Below, one piece after another: positions 18,707-28,951 of a stretch of 64,000 nucleotides of DNA. Source of the DNA: a virus; the IMG/VR virus record IMGVR_UViG_3300021511_000005, positions 1 through 64,000 of that record; one strand, 5' to 3'. The position numbers and the translations under genes were made by a program. How positions within the stretch are numbered: position 1 is the stretch's first letter; each line of letters opens with the position of its first letter. A model generated the notes under the pieces. The model saw only the letters and a program-made list of their open reading frames with translations. It was not told the DNA's origin and searched no databases.

Positions 18707-20350
18707 ATGAGCACGTTCATCGTCTACACCGCTCGCTTCAATAAGGACGATCTGTACCAGTTCGACGGGGTTTCATGGGGGCTGTTCCCTACCCCGAAAC
18801 CGACGACAGCGGAGGCGTTCTCGATCCACGGGCAGACCCCCGATGATTTTTGGGTGCTAGAGCCGTCGGCATTGAACCACTGGAATGGGTCGATCTGGAC
18901 GACCTACAATTTCCCCGTGTCGATCGGGGGGAGGGGGTCGGTTCACACCTCGGCCGACGGTGGCGTGTTTGTCGGATGCGGCGATGGTGCATCGTTGCTG
19001 GGGGAGCTATGGCGACTCACTGGCGGATCACTGGTGCAGCTGTGGACTACGCCGTTCGTCGGATTCAACGCAAACTCAGTGTTTCCATGGGTCATCAGCC
19101 AGACCGAGTGCCTGGCTGCTGTCGCTGAATTCAATACCCCGCCACTGTTCAAATGGACCCTTGCTGGCGGAATCGTTCAGCACCCGTCGGGGCTCGGCCT
19201 GCCATATGGGATGGCTGCCGGCATCGCCGTGCTTGGGAGCGAGATCTTCGTACTGTTTACCGACGGTCGCGTGTTTCGGGGGACGTGGGGCGGGACCTGG
19301 ACCCACGACAATCCGACGGATGGACCGTTCACGGGGATCCCGTCTGGCTCGAATACGATTCGCAATTACATAACCCCATCCGCCGACGGACAGAAGCTCT
19401 GCGTCCAAAGCGGCACACCGACGTGGGGGTTCTGGGTCAGAAACGGTCCCGACGACTGGGGGTCCGATCTCGGGCCGACGGGGACCAACATCCCCGGCGA
19501 GCCACAGATGGCGGATGACGTTCTGCTGGCCACGAGTGACAACGCGTTCTGGTCCGACGATGCTGGGGCTACCTGGGCGCAGACCCCCCAGGTCGGAGCT
19601 ACCACCGACGGCTACGGAGCCTGGGCCTATGGGACAGACACGGATCCCCCGATTCTTCAGAACCAGAATCCGCCGGCCAGTTCCACCGGGAACCGCGGGG
19701 ACATGACCCAGTACCTGGAGGTGATTGATCCGGGGAGCGGAGTTAACGCCAGCTCCGTGGAGATCTATTTTGGCGGTGTCCTGGCCTGGGGCGGTAATGC
19801 GCCGGCCGTCGGATGGAGCGGGAGTCGCGGAAACGTGGTCGATGGTTACAGCTATACTCTGATTCCGGATGTCCCGTTGCCCCCGGGGACGATTATCCGG
19901 CGGGTGGTCGCGAGGGACTTGGCTCCGTCGGCCAACCTTTTGGACACTAGCGAGACCTTCAATAACGGTAGCTTCTTGGACGGTGTAGACGTGAGTATCA
20001 TCCCCACCGTGGGGGGGATCAAGATGACGGCTACAGGTCTTTTCAGCTTGGACCCCATGAAGATCCACCTGGGACCGCTGGGGTCCACTGATGATCCGGA
20101 GTGTTACGGGGGCTCGGGGCTGAGTTATTCTCCGATGAGTCTAGACGGCGTGACCGTCGAATTCGCTTCTCCACCGCTGGCCAAGGGGAGCGTTGACCTG
20201 ACCATCGTGGACGGGTCCACGACGTTGAACCTGGCAGCCATCAAGGTGGTGGAGCGCAATTGGCCGGGGCAGGGCTTCAACATGCGGAAGGACCATCCGC
20301 CTTGGGGCGCGGTGGGGGCTAAACGTCTGGAGCTGGAGGACCTGGAGTAA
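18707..20350 (+). CDS. Beta-propeller + Ig/IPT-like baseplate-associated protein (paralog A; putative receptor-binding protein)
   Basis: Trp/Gly-rich repeats (HWNGSIW, SDDAGATW Asp-box) followed by a ~235-aa C-terminal part clearly homologous to the next gene. Confidence 0.6.
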   Translation: MSTFIVYTARFNKDDLYQFDGVSWGLFPTPKPTTAEAFSIHGQTPDDFWVLEPSALNHWNGSIWTTYNFPVSIGGRGSVHTSADGGVFVGCGDGASLLGELWRLTGGSLVQLWTTPFVGFNANSVFPWVISQTECLAAVAEFNTPPLFKWTLAGGIVQHPSGLGLPYGMAAGIAVLGSEIFVLFTDGRVFRGTWGGTWTHDNPTDGPFTGIPSGSNTIRNYITPSADGQKLCVQSGTPTWGFWVRNGPDDWGSDLGPTGTNIPGEPQMADDVLLATSDNAFWSDDAGATWAQTPQVGATTDGYGAWAYGTDTDPPILQNQNPPASSTGNRGDMTQYLEVIDPGSGVNASSVEIYFGGVLAWGGNAPAVGWSGSRGNVVDGYSYTLIPDVPLPPGTIIRRVVARDLAPSANLLDTSETFNNGSFLDGVDVSIIPTVGGIKMTATGLFSLDPMKIHLGPLGSTDDPECYGGSGLSYSPMSLDGVTVEFASPPLAKGSVDLTIVDGSTTLNLAAIKVVERNWPGQGFNMRKDHPPWGAVGAKRLELEDLE

Positions 20351-22071
20351 TGGGAGTACTGTCACTGATCGGCGGCCAGGGCACCCCTGCGCCAGCGTTC
20401 GTCTTGAAGCACGACGGGTCGTGGTCCAGCACGCCAACGATCCCCGTTGGTAGGGTCACGTCGATCTCTGGCACCGCCGAGGATGATCTCTGGGCCGGCA
20501 TGTTCAATGCGAGCACCGGCAACTTTGGCTCGTTGCTCTACCACTTCAACGGTACCTTGTGGACGGCGCAGACGCTGCCGTCGGACATCAGCGACTTCAA
20601 CAGGTCAGTGCGCGTCAAGGCTGTCGACGACCAAGTGGTGTTTGTCGTCTGCAAGGCCAACTCCGGCGGCAACTACCGCGTCTACCGCACAGCGGATGGA
20701 GGGGCTTCGTGGACGGTGTTGAAGTCCGGCGTGTTCAGCCCGGGCAATCACCCCGCGATCACCTTCCTCCCCGTCGGCCCCGAAGAGTTGTACATGTGCC
20801 ACAACGCCGCGTTTCTCAACCCGAGCAAGACCGGCGTGTGGCGCTGGACCCTGAGTGGAGGCTGGGCGACAGAGAGCGGGTCTGTCGGCCTACCTCACGA
20901 CAACGGCGTGGCCGCTTTCACGGGGCTCGCTTGGGACCGTCAGGATCCGAACGACATCTGGATCGTGTACAGCCGCACGTCGGTGACCGCCCGGTTGTAC
21001 CGGGGGAAGTTCGGCGGACCCTGGACGCTGATCGAGACCTTTGACTCGGCGACCTACGGCCTCAACTTGCAGGCCATGGAACACTACTGCTGTTCGATGG
21101 ATACCGACGGCACGATCTCGATCCTGCTGGGCGCCTATGGGCTGGGGAGCAACGTCCGCTGCATGCAGGGCGACCCGACGTCCCTCCCTCTGACCAACGT
21201 TCGAAGCATTGCGGGGTCCCTCACCCACGGCGAGATAGAGACGCTTGGCGGTCGTACTATCTTCGCTGACGCGGCCAACGGGCAGTTCTTCGACGGATCG
21301 ACCTGGAGCGTGCCCCCAAATGGGACCTGGGGACTGGCGACGGGGGCACACCTCATCCAGGGACCGGAGCCGCCCGTTCTCCAGAACCAGAGCCCGGCGC
21401 CCAGCTCTACTGGTAATCGTGGCGATGGCGCGATCTATCTGGAGGTGGTGGATCCTGATAGCGACTTGGCGCCGTCGTCCGTCCAAATTTGGGTGAATGG
21501 GACGCCGGCCTGGGAGGGCTCCGCGGCTAAGATGGGCTTCTCCGGAGGGCGTAGCACGGTGACCGACGGTTACGGTTACACCTTCACACCGAATACGCCG
21601 CTGCCTGTGGGGACACAAACGATCCGCGTTCGAGCAGTGGACCAAACGGGCTTGGTCATGGACGAGTCCTATACCTTTGATACGAGGAGCTACCTGGACA
21701 GCGTTGATCGACTGATCATCCCCACGACAGGCGGGACGCTGATGGTGGCGAGCGGCTTGTTCACCAGGGACCAAGAGCTGGCGGTTCACCTAGGGGCGCT
21801 GGGAACGACGGCGGATCCTCCTTGCTATGGGCTGCAGGGCAATGGCTATAGCCCTCATTCCGAGGACGGGGTGACCGTGGAATTCGCCTCTCCGCCATTG
21901 GCCAAAGGGGCCGCTGACTTGACTATCGTGGATGGGGTGACGACTTTGACCTATACACCGATCCAAGTGGTCGAGCGTAACTGGCCTGGGGTAGGATTCA
22001 TCTCAAGACGCCAGCAGCAGCCCTGGGGCGCCGTGGGGGCGCGGCGGCTCGAGCTGGAAGACTTGGAGTAG
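20350..22071 (+). CDS. Beta-propeller + Ig/IPT-like baseplate-associated protein (paralog B; putative receptor-binding protein)
   Basis: HFNGTLW and RTADGGASW Asp-box repeats; shares the C-terminus ...VVERNWPG...PWGAVGAxRLELEDLE with paralog A. Confidence 0.6.
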   Translation: MGVLSLIGGQGTPAPAFVLKHDGSWSSTPTIPVGRVTSISGTAEDDLWAGMFNASTGNFGSLLYHFNGTLWTAQTLPSDISDFNRSVRVKAVDDQVVFVVCKANSGGNYRVYRTADGGASWTVLKSGVFSPGNHPAITFLPVGPEELYMCHNAAFLNPSKTGVWRWTLSGGWATESGSVGLPHDNGVAAFTGLAWDRQDPNDIWIVYSRTSVTARLYRGKFGGPWTLIETFDSATYGLNLQAMEHYCCSMDTDGTISILLGAYGLGSNVRCMQGDPTSLPLTNVRSIAGSLTHGEIETLGGRTIFADAANGQFFDGSTWSVPPNGTWGLATGAHLIQGPEPPVLQNQSPAPSSTGNRGDGAIYLEVVDPDSDLAPSSVQIWVNGTPAWEGSAAKMGFSGGRSTVTDGYGYTFTPNTPLPVGTQTIRVRAVDQTGLVMDESYTFDTRSYLDSVDRLIIPTTGGTLMVASGLFTRDQELAVHLGALGTTADPPCYGLQGNGYSPHSEDGVTVEFASPPLAKGAADLTIVDGVTTLTYTPIQVVERNWPGVGFISRRQQQPWGAVGARRLELEDLE

Positions 22072-22074
22072 GCC

Positions 22075-24426
22075 ATGCCGGACAACGTGCTGAAGGCCGT
22101 AACAGACGCCATTGCGGAAGAGGACAACGAGATTGGCGGTCAGCTCCAGACGCGGCTTCGCCAGAAGGCCAAGTGGGGGCGCAACGACGGCTTCTTGGAG
22201 ACGGCTAATTCGAACCGGATCAGCGTCCCCACAGGGACCGCCTGGTTCGAGAGCTGGATGGTCGGCTGCGAGATCGACATCATCGTGGAGGCCACCTTCA
22301 AGGGGCGTTACACGGTTCTGACCGTGGACAGTTCCGGGGACTATGCGACCTTCGAGGTCCTGGGGGGTGGCGCGCCGGGTTTCACCGACACCGATCCGAT
22401 CCAGTTCCGCCTGGCCACGCTCCTAGTGGAGACCACCTTCGAGTTCTTGGATCCGTCTACTCACGTCACCGATGACCGGGGGTCCTTGTGGGTGGGGCTC
22501 GAAGAAGAGCGGGTCACCTACGGGGCTGTTCAAGTCGTGGCGGGGGACATGGAGTTCCAGCAGCTGGGCGATCCGGACACGGGCCTGGGCTATCTCCAGG
22601 GAGTCCGACGCGGCGGAATCCTGCATGACCATCCGCCTCTGACGGAGATCACCGAAGCCTCTAAGAGCTACAGTGCCCTGGATCACCTGCGGCGGGCTCT
22701 GCTGGTCGAGTATGCCACGGAGGAGGAGCTGGACCGGGTGGCGCGGAATCTGGCCGTAGTGCGGCCGGTAGGCATGTCTGACGCGGTATTCCGGGAGGTG
22801 ATCAAGGTTCTGGCCTTTCTGCCCAAGGGGACGATCTTCGGGCTCGAGCTGTTGTTGGACGCCATCTTTCCGGGAGGCGGCTGGACCATCTACGAGGACC
22901 TGATCAACGAGAACAACACAGTCTACATCATGCTGCCCGTGATGGAGCCGGGCCAGGACCTGGAAGGGCGGACCTTCATCTCGAGTGAGGAATCCCAGGC
23001 CGCTGCCAGCACCACCACGGTCACGGTGGACCATACCCCCATCAGCGTGTCCTCGATCATCCTGGAGGACGTCGAAATCACCTTGGACATGGCCGTCCTT
23101 CCGAGTGCGGCGACGATCCCCTGGACCTATCAGAACGAAGGCGACGTAGAGGGGACCACATTCTCCATCGTCTCATCCGTGCTCCAGCATGTTCAGGGGC
23201 CTGGGGACGCCCTGGGTGGCCGCTACGAGCGGACGGAGGCTGAGCTGGGGATCGCCTTTCCCCCGGGTTCTTACCGGGAGGACGAGGTCCTGTGGGCCTT
23301 CAACGTCGAGTGGATCGCGGACACGGTGGTCACAGTGGGCGGCAGCCCCTGGATGATGACGGTCCGAGACGGAGTCAAGGAATACACACTCATGTGGAAT
23401 ACCGGCGGGCTGGCTCTGGGGCAGAGCAACGGAACCCAGCATGCCGCCGGCGGAACCGAAGCTCCGGGGACGGCCACCTGGCATCGAATCAGGATCCAGC
23501 GCCGCGGCGATAAGATCGAAGCCTACATGGACGGCCGCTTTCAGATCGCGGAAGACGTGGCCACTTTCTCCGCGGACGCCAACACGGACTTCAGCTTCGG
23601 CTATTGGAACAACGCTCAGAACCAGGACTGGACGGTTCGCTGGGACAACGCGGTGGCCAGGGCCTCCGCCAAGTGGCGCAACTTCTGGAACCTGTATCGG
23701 ACCAGCGGCGCTCTGTCTGTGGCAGATTCCGATCTGGACGACGCCGGCAATCCCTTCGTGGCCGGCGATGACGGGAAGTACGTCCGCGTCTACTCAGACG
23801 ATGGGGAAAACGATGGCCTGTGGTTGGCCGCCTACGTCGCGGCCGGGACAGTGACTTTGGACGGGGTGGAAATGGAGCGGGCCCGGGTCTTCACACCGGA
23901 CCCGGCCACCCCCTCCGAGAGCTTCCTCATCTTGGAGGAGCCTTGGTTCCGCCCGAAGGACGCGGCCAAGAGTGTGGTGATCAGCGGCTCTGGCCTGGGC
24001 AATGACGGGACCTATCCGGCCACCGGCTGGGTTAGCGAGCTGTCGCTTCAGGTGGACGCTAGCGCTCTGGCCGCGGGCTTTGCGGCTGAGTCGTTGTTGA
24101 CCTGGAAGTTCGATCCAAGTTTCGTGAACGAGGCAAGCGTGAGCTACGAGGTGATCGACGCCGGCACTGTGGCGGCCAAGACCTTGACGGTTCACGCCTC
24201 GGAGCCGGGCTGGCCCAACGCAGCTCAGCCGGTGGTGGTTGACTACACCGCGGTCCTGTCGGCCCAGCTGATGCGGAATGAAAGTGTCGAGAACGAGGGA
24301 AGCGGGGGGTCGGCACCCAACGTCTTCTATCCGTTCTATCTCTGGGACGTGGAGCAGGGTATAAGGGATCTGATGGACGAGGTCACAGCCGCCGGAGTGA
24401 TCCCCGAATTTGAGCGTGACTTCTAA
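22075..24426 (+). CDS. Baseplate wedge protein (P2 gpI / T4 gp7-like) with inserted LamG/concanavalin-like domain
   Basis: ATEEELDRVARNLAVVR...SDAVFRE...KGT core and terminal MDEVTAAGV motif; central WHRIRIQRRGDKIEAYMDG lectin-like pattern. Confidence 0.68.
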   Translation: MPDNVLKAVTDAIAEEDNEIGGQLQTRLRQKAKWGRNDGFLETANSNRISVPTGTAWFESWMVGCEIDIIVEATFKGRYTVLTVDSSGDYATFEVLGGGAPGFTDTDPIQFRLATLLVETTFEFLDPSTHVTDDRGSLWVGLEEERVTYGAVQVVAGDMEFQQLGDPDTGLGYLQGVRRGGILHDHPPLTEITEASKSYSALDHLRRALLVEYATEEELDRVARNLAVVRPVGMSDAVFREVIKVLAFLPKGTIFGLELLLDAIFPGGGWTIYEDLINENNTVYIMLPVMEPGQDLEGRTFISSEESQAAASTTTVTVDHTPISVSSIILEDVEITLDMAVLPSAATIPWTYQNEGDVEGTTFSIVSSVLQHVQGPGDALGGRYERTEAELGIAFPPGSYREDEVLWAFNVEWIADTVVTVGGSPWMMTVRDGVKEYTLMWNTGGLALGQSNGTQHAAGGTEAPGTATWHRIRIQRRGDKIEAYMDGRFQIAEDVATFSADANTDFSFGYWNNAQNQDWTVRWDNAVARASAKWRNFWNLYRTSGALSVADSDLDDAGNPFVAGDDGKYVRVYSDDGENDGLWLAAYVAAGTVTLDGVEMERARVFTPDPATPSESFLILEEPWFRPKDAAKSVVISGSGLGNDGTYPATGWVSELSLQVDASALAAGFAAESLLTWKFDPSFVNEASVSYEVIDAGTVAAKTLTVHASEPGWPNAAQPVVVDYTAVLSAQLMRNESVENEGSGGSAPNVFYPFYLWDVEQGIRDLMDEVTAAGVIPEFERDF

Positions 24427-24436
24427 GGAGTGATCG

Positions 24437-26257
24437 ATGGACCTTCCGAATTGGCAATCTCTAGAACGTGTGGGGCGGCCGGACTTCCGGGCGGCCACCG
24501 GCCAGCTCGTCCTGGGCGACTTCATCCGCCATCTGCGGAATCTGATCCTCCCGATGGGGAGGGCGAATGGCGGAGAGACCAACTACGACTCCCGGGTCAT
24601 TCGGGGCTTCGACTGGACCACCACGGTCACGGGGGCCGTGGGGGCGCTGGTCATGAACCGGGGCGTGGGGCTGTTCCCCTATCTGGATCCGGATGACGGC
24701 CAAATAAAGCACGCGATCCTGTTCGCGGATGAAGGGGCGGAGACCATCTCTGTGGACTTCAGCGGGGCCACGGATCCAGGGACCACGGACGTCTTCGTCC
24801 GCCTGGTGCGGACGCCGGCGACCTTCGCGAATCGGGTCTTCTGGAATCCCAGCGGAGCCCCGGCCCAGGAGTACGTGAGCAACATCCCGACGCGGCTGGT
24901 CTTCCAGTGGGAGGTCACCATCCAGGATACTGGTCTGCCAGCTCCGGGGGATGAGTGGGTCAAGGTCTGGGAGATCACCATAGCGGCCGGCAACTTCACC
25001 GGCTCCGAGGATTTCCGACACTTCTACTTCGAGGGCTCCGCCAACTCGACGGACAACTACGACCAAGAGTGGGGCGATGGTGCCAACGACCGGAACAGCG
25101 ATCGGGCGCAGTACGGGGTCAACGATATTCACGAGATCCTGCAGGCCATTCGGCGCCAGCTGGACGATGCGTTTCTGACCGGCGACGGCTGGTATCAGGC
25201 GATCAACGTTGCCTTGGGTCACCTGGCCACCGAGCATCACGGCTATGCTTCGGTTGCGGGGAGCCGTGGCTTCCACAAACTGATCCGCTTAGGGCAGCTA
25301 GCCACCGCGTCGACTACGCGGGTTTGCGAGTTGGACGGAGACGACGCCTTCTTTCTCGTGAAGTTGGCGAACGCGCCAAACGGGCAGCTCGCGGAGATGC
25401 TCCTTCAAGAAGCGGGAGCCGCGGAGGTTCGCTGGGGCGTGGCCCCGCGAGGCGGCGCACCGATGAGCAATGGCGACGAGCTGGTGGGGATCCTGGGTGA
25501 CTACTCGGCCATGGAAGACGTCCAGCTCCGGGTCCAGAAGACGGCCACTACCAGTCATGTAGCTCGCATCACGGCCGGCAACGGGTTGATCAACGGCCTG
25601 GACGTTTACATGGGCACCGCTGCCGCGATCAAGGGATCGGTGTTGCGGGAGGCGGAGAGCGCCTACTATGTCAATCAGCGGCAGGTCTACATCAATTTGG
25701 ACTGGTCCAGCATCGTGACGGATATCGCCGGAAGTCGGCGCTGGCATCTTGATGGGCCGGTCAATGGGGATGTGGGGCTGGGGATCGGTGGTGATGTGAC
25801 CTTGAAGACCATCGGCGCCCGCAGCGGCAATGAACCCCTGTTCCTGGAGTTCAAGGACTTCCCCGACGAGGCCACGTTGGATGCCATCGATGTCACCTGG
25901 TCCCAGGGGGGTGTGGGCGCCGCTAACGAGATGCGGATGTATGCGGCTCGCCACATCCAGACTTGGGCCGAGCCCACCGATGCCCACGATCAGAGTTCGG
26001 ACGAGGCCTTCACCTGGACGACCCAGGTACTCAACAGCGTCCAGAACTACGTCCAGTACGTTCTCAACGTGCAGACGACCCAGACTAGGCGCTTCAAGCC
26101 CAACCAGAACAACACGTCCTGGGATCGCCGGCGGCACAAGCTGGTGCTGGGGATCGTTCCCCCGGACACGTTGGCCCAGACCTGCACCATCCTGAACATT
26201 CGGACCAGGTGGACCTACAGCAACGCGCAGCCCTGGCCACGGCGGACCGCCGCATAG
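24437..26257 (+). CDS. Putative tail fibre / distal baseplate protein
   Basis: 606 aa, AAGGAG RBS, follows the wedge gene; N-terminal NWQSLERV...VIRGF anchor-like region. Confidence 0.55.
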   Translation: MDLPNWQSLERVGRPDFRAATGQLVLGDFIRHLRNLILPMGRANGGETNYDSRVIRGFDWTTTVTGAVGALVMNRGVGLFPYLDPDDGQIKHAILFADEGAETISVDFSGATDPGTTDVFVRLVRTPATFANRVFWNPSGAPAQEYVSNIPTRLVFQWEVTIQDTGLPAPGDEWVKVWEITIAAGNFTGSEDFRHFYFEGSANSTDNYDQEWGDGANDRNSDRAQYGVNDIHEILQAIRRQLDDAFLTGDGWYQAINVALGHLATEHHGYASVAGSRGFHKLIRLGQLATASTTRVCELDGDDAFFLVKLANAPNGQLAEMLLQEAGAAEVRWGVAPRGGAPMSNGDELVGILGDYSAMEDVQLRVQKTATTSHVARITAGNGLINGLDVYMGTAAAIKGSVLREAESAYYVNQRQVYINLDWSSIVTDIAGSRRWHLDGPVNGDVGLGIGGDVTLKTIGARSGNEPLFLEFKDFPDEATLDAIDVTWSQGGVGAANEMRMYAARHIQTWAEPTDAHDQSSDEAFTWTTQVLNSVQNYVQYVLNVQTTQTRRFKPNQNNTSWDRRRHKLVLGIVPPDTLAQTCTILNIRTRWTYSNAQPWPRRTAA

Positions 26258-26265
26258 GAGCCCCA

Positions 26266-26718
26266 ATGTTTGATCCGTCCATCCTCGATCAACTGCCCTA
26301 TTTGCCTGTGACGCAGGTGGGTGAAGTCATGATTGCCCGGCACCGGGAGACTCTGGACCTGGTCCTGATTCTTAATACACCGCGTGGTCCAGTGGCCCAG
26401 ATGATGACTGACGAGATCGGCCAGCAGCTCGCGCTGGAGGTCATCCGTGAGACTGGGCGCCGGTCGGAGCGCACACAAACTGTAACGAACAATCTGGGCC
26501 AGGCGGTCCAACAGGCCCTGGAGCAGTTCCAGGACAAGGAGAGTGGCAATGAAACCCAACAAGGTGAGAATGTTTCTACTGGCGATGATGGCAGCGTTGG
26601 CTCTGTCTTTGGTGGGAACGGCGCAGGGAGCCCCGGACAGCGGGTCAACAGCGGCCTCAGCCCCTGCAGCCCCCGGGATCTCGGACTCCCAGGCACCGAA
26701 GGACGCGAGCCCAGCTGA
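26266..26718 (+). CDS. Hypothetical protein
   Basis: AGGAG RBS 5 nt before the ATG; last 170 nt overlap the next gene. Confidence 0.5.
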   Translation: MFDPSILDQLPYLPVTQVGEVMIARHRETLDLVLILNTPRGPVAQMMTDEIGQQLALEVIRETGRRSERTQTVTNNLGQAVQQALEQFQDKESGNETQQGENVSTGDDGSVGSVFGGNGAGSPGQRVNSGLSPCSPRDLGLPGTEGREPS

Positions 26719-27055
26719 GCCCAAGAAGCCTGAGCCCCCAGAGGACATCGCCGGTGCGGCCAAGCTCGTGGGCGATGGAATCAAGGCGGGCAAGGAGGGG
26801 CGTTGGTGGTACTTGTCGTCCCTGGCCTGCCTGCTGATCATGTTCATTCTGTCCAAGGTCGGGGTCTTCGAGAAGATCGGGCGCTGGAAGTATGCGATCC
26901 TCCCGACCCTGTCGATCGGTTCCGCGCTTTTGGCGGCTTTCCAGGGAGGGGTCTCGGTGGACCACGCCTTGGGGGTCTTCACCAGCTCGTGGGTCATGGG
27001 CATGGTGGAGGAGGCCTGGAATCACGGTGTTCTGAACAAGCCCCACAAGACCTAG
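26549..27055 (+). CDS. Membrane protein with signal peptide and 2-3 TM segments (holin/antiholin candidate)
   Basis: AAGGAG RBS; MKPNKVRMFLLAMMAALALSLVGTAQG-A signal, Pro-rich linker, hydrophobic helices; about 1.6 kb upstream of the spanins. Confidence 0.55.
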   Translation: MKPNKVRMFLLAMMAALALSLVGTAQGAPDSGSTAASAPAAPGISDSQAPKDASPAEPKKPEPPEDIAGAAKLVGDGIKAGKEGRWWYLSSLACLLIMFILSKVGVFEKIGRWKYAILPTLSIGSALLAAFQGGVSVDHALGVFTSSWVMGMVEEAWNHGVLNKPHKT

Positions 27056-27107
27056 ACCCCCACCGAGGCTTCCGGTATGCTCCTGGCATCACCAGGAGGA
27101 GACCAGC

Positions 27108-27683
27108 ATGGGAGCCATGAGCACGCCGATCGTAATCCCCGACCTTGACCCGTCGGAGTTCGCCCACCAGACCCGGGCGATGGCCAGGTACTTCGCGGAG
27201 CTGGCCGCCGTTGAGAAGAATAAGGTTCTATCCGGGGGCATCGTGTCCGATCCCTCGACCCCCAGTGCGCAGTTGACCGGCGTGGGTAACACGACCTGGT
27301 CCTATGATTCGACCCTGTTGGATATCCTCGTGGACGGGGTTCAGGGGGCCATCGCGGCTGCCACTGACGGGGTCATCCATTCCGGGTCTTTTCTGACGGG
27401 CCTGGTCAATGGTACCAGCTGTGTCGCGGCGATCGTCATCAAGAACGCGGCCGGGATCTTGTCGTTGGTCGCGGTCAAGGGGACGCCGGCGACGACCGGG
27501 ACCCAGCGGGGACCGACGGACTCCGAGATCGATACGGCCGTCTCTGACGTCCCGTGGGTGAAGATCGCGGAATGCACGCTCAACAGGACTGGCGATACGA
27601 CCGTCACCGAGTCGCAGGACAACACCGTCCGGCCCGTTCTGGGCGTTTCGGTTGACCCGAATTTCGGGGTATTCACCGGCTAG
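27108..27683 (+). CDS. Putative virion structural protein
   Basis: AGGAGG RBS; Thr/Gly/Val-rich beta protein. Confidence 0.45.
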   Translation: MGAMSTPIVIPDLDPSEFAHQTRAMARYFAELAAVEKNKVLSGGIVSDPSTPSAQLTGVGNTTWSYDSTLLDILVDGVQGAIAAATDGVIHSGSFLTGLVNGTSCVAAIVIKNAAGILSLVAVKGTPATTGTQRGPTDSEIDTAVSDVPWVKIAECTLNRTGDTTVTESQDNTVRPVLGVSVDPNFGVFTG

Positions 27684-27722
27684 CCCGTATCGCAGAATCT
27701 GCGACACGGGGAGGAGTAGGCT

Positions 27723-28622
27723 ATGTCTGGGCGTTTCCCACTTCCGCCGGGGACCTTCGCCCGGCTCGAGCTGCTGACCAATGACGACGGCCTACTGGCG
27801 ATTCTGAATCTACTGGCCAGCGGCTCTCTTGGTGGCGTGGACATGCAGCGGACCCGATGGGTCGGCAAGCATGGCGATGACGACAACAGCGGGCAGACGC
27901 TAGAGACGGCCTTCTTGACCTTCACGGAGGCGCTGGCAGCTGCCAGTTCTGGTGACGTGGTCTGTTGCCTGGACGCGGGATCCTACGAGGAGGAGCTATC
28001 AGTTCCCGCAGGGGTCCACATTTGGGCCCCCAACGCAACCTTGACCACCGCGGCCGGTGGGGCGATCACGAATGCCGCGTTGACATTGGATGCGGACTCG
28101 GACGTGATGGTTCGGGCCATTGTCCCCAAGGGCAATCGGTCCGCAGTCATCCGTGCCAACACAGCGGGGACCGCCCGGATCCGGGCCCAGGTCATCGATT
28201 GTCGGGCCGGTGGAGGAGCCTGCCTATTCAATCTGAGCTTTGCAGGGGGCGGGATCCTGATGTCCGAAGTGGAGCAAGTCCACGTTGGTACGGGCTTCGG
28301 CGTGGGCTCTATCACGGTCAGTACGGGCCACACCCACGTCAACATCGAGGACATCTACATCCACGGAAACAACGGGTTCGGTCTGGCTCAATTCGGGGGC
28401 AACGGGATCGTGGGCCGCGTGACCCATATCCTGGAGTTTGGATCTCCCACGGGTACGGTCGCGATCTTGGTCAACGGTGGGCGGGTCGATCTAATGGCGG
28501 GGGGGATCAGCGCGGATACGGCGTGGACGGTAGGCGGCGCCGGGACTCTGAGCCTGTTCTACAACCAGGCCACGGGGGTCCAGGTCGAAACGGGGACGGT
28601 TCTCAAGTCCACCCCCGCATAG
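27723..28622 (+). CDS. Beta-helix (pectin-lyase-like) protein, possible spike or decoration protein
   Basis: WVGKHGDDDNSG...AFLTFTEALAAASSGDVV...GSYEE is the usual beta-helix cap motif. Confidence 0.6.
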   Translation: MSGRFPLPPGTFARLELLTNDDGLLAILNLLASGSLGGVDMQRTRWVGKHGDDDNSGQTLETAFLTFTEALAAASSGDVVCCLDAGSYEEELSVPAGVHIWAPNATLTTAAGGAITNAALTLDADSDVMVRAIVPKGNRSAVIRANTAGTARIRAQVIDCRAGGGACLFNLSFAGGGILMSEVEQVHVGTGFGVGSITVSTGHTHVNIEDIYIHGNNGFGLAQFGGNGIVGRVTHILEFGSPTGTVAILVNGGRVDLMAGGISADTAWTVGGAGTLSLFYNQATGVQVETGTVLKSTPA

Positions 28623-28630
28623 GAGATTCC

Positions 28631-28951
28631 ATGTGGTATATCATCACAGCCGGCGCCGGTTTGGCGCTGGGAATTGGTCTGATGATCTGGGCTTTGACCG
28701 AGCGGAGCAAGCGCCACGCGGCGGAGCGGGCCGCGGATGCTGCGGAGCAGAAAGAGAAGGCTCAGCGCCAGTTAGCCGCCCAGAACGCCTCCGCCGCCCA
28801 GAACCTGGAGATGCAGCATGGGCGGATGAAGGAGCAGCTGGGGATCCTCCGCGGGCAGCTCGAAGAGACACGGAAGCGTTTGGCGGAGTCCGGGGATCCG
28901 GAGGCGATCAAGAGCTGGCTTGACGATGAGCTGAAGGGCGGGGCAGTATGA
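28631..28951 (+). CDS. i-spanin (Rz-like)
   Basis: AGGAG RBS; single N-terminal TM (MWYIITAGAGLALGIGLMIWAL) followed by a coiled coil; stop overlaps the lipoprotein start. Confidence 0.75.
   Translation: MWYIITAGAGLALGIGLMIWALTERSKRHAAERAADAAEQKEKAQRQLAAQNASAAQNLEMQHGRMKEQLGILRGQLEETRKRLAESGDPEAIKSWLDDELKGGAV

Noticed and set aside
19640-22071. Paralogous 3' ends as a diversity-generating retroelement TR/VR pair or an invertible cassette
   Set aside because: Differences are not adenine-specific and include many synonymous changes; no reverse transcriptase, invertase or inverted recombination sites seen
27965-28630. N-terminal 222 aa of the 328-aa ORF 27965..28951
   Set aside because: Out-of-frame shadow of 27723..28622; the i-spanin most plausibly starts at ATG 28631 behind AGGAG
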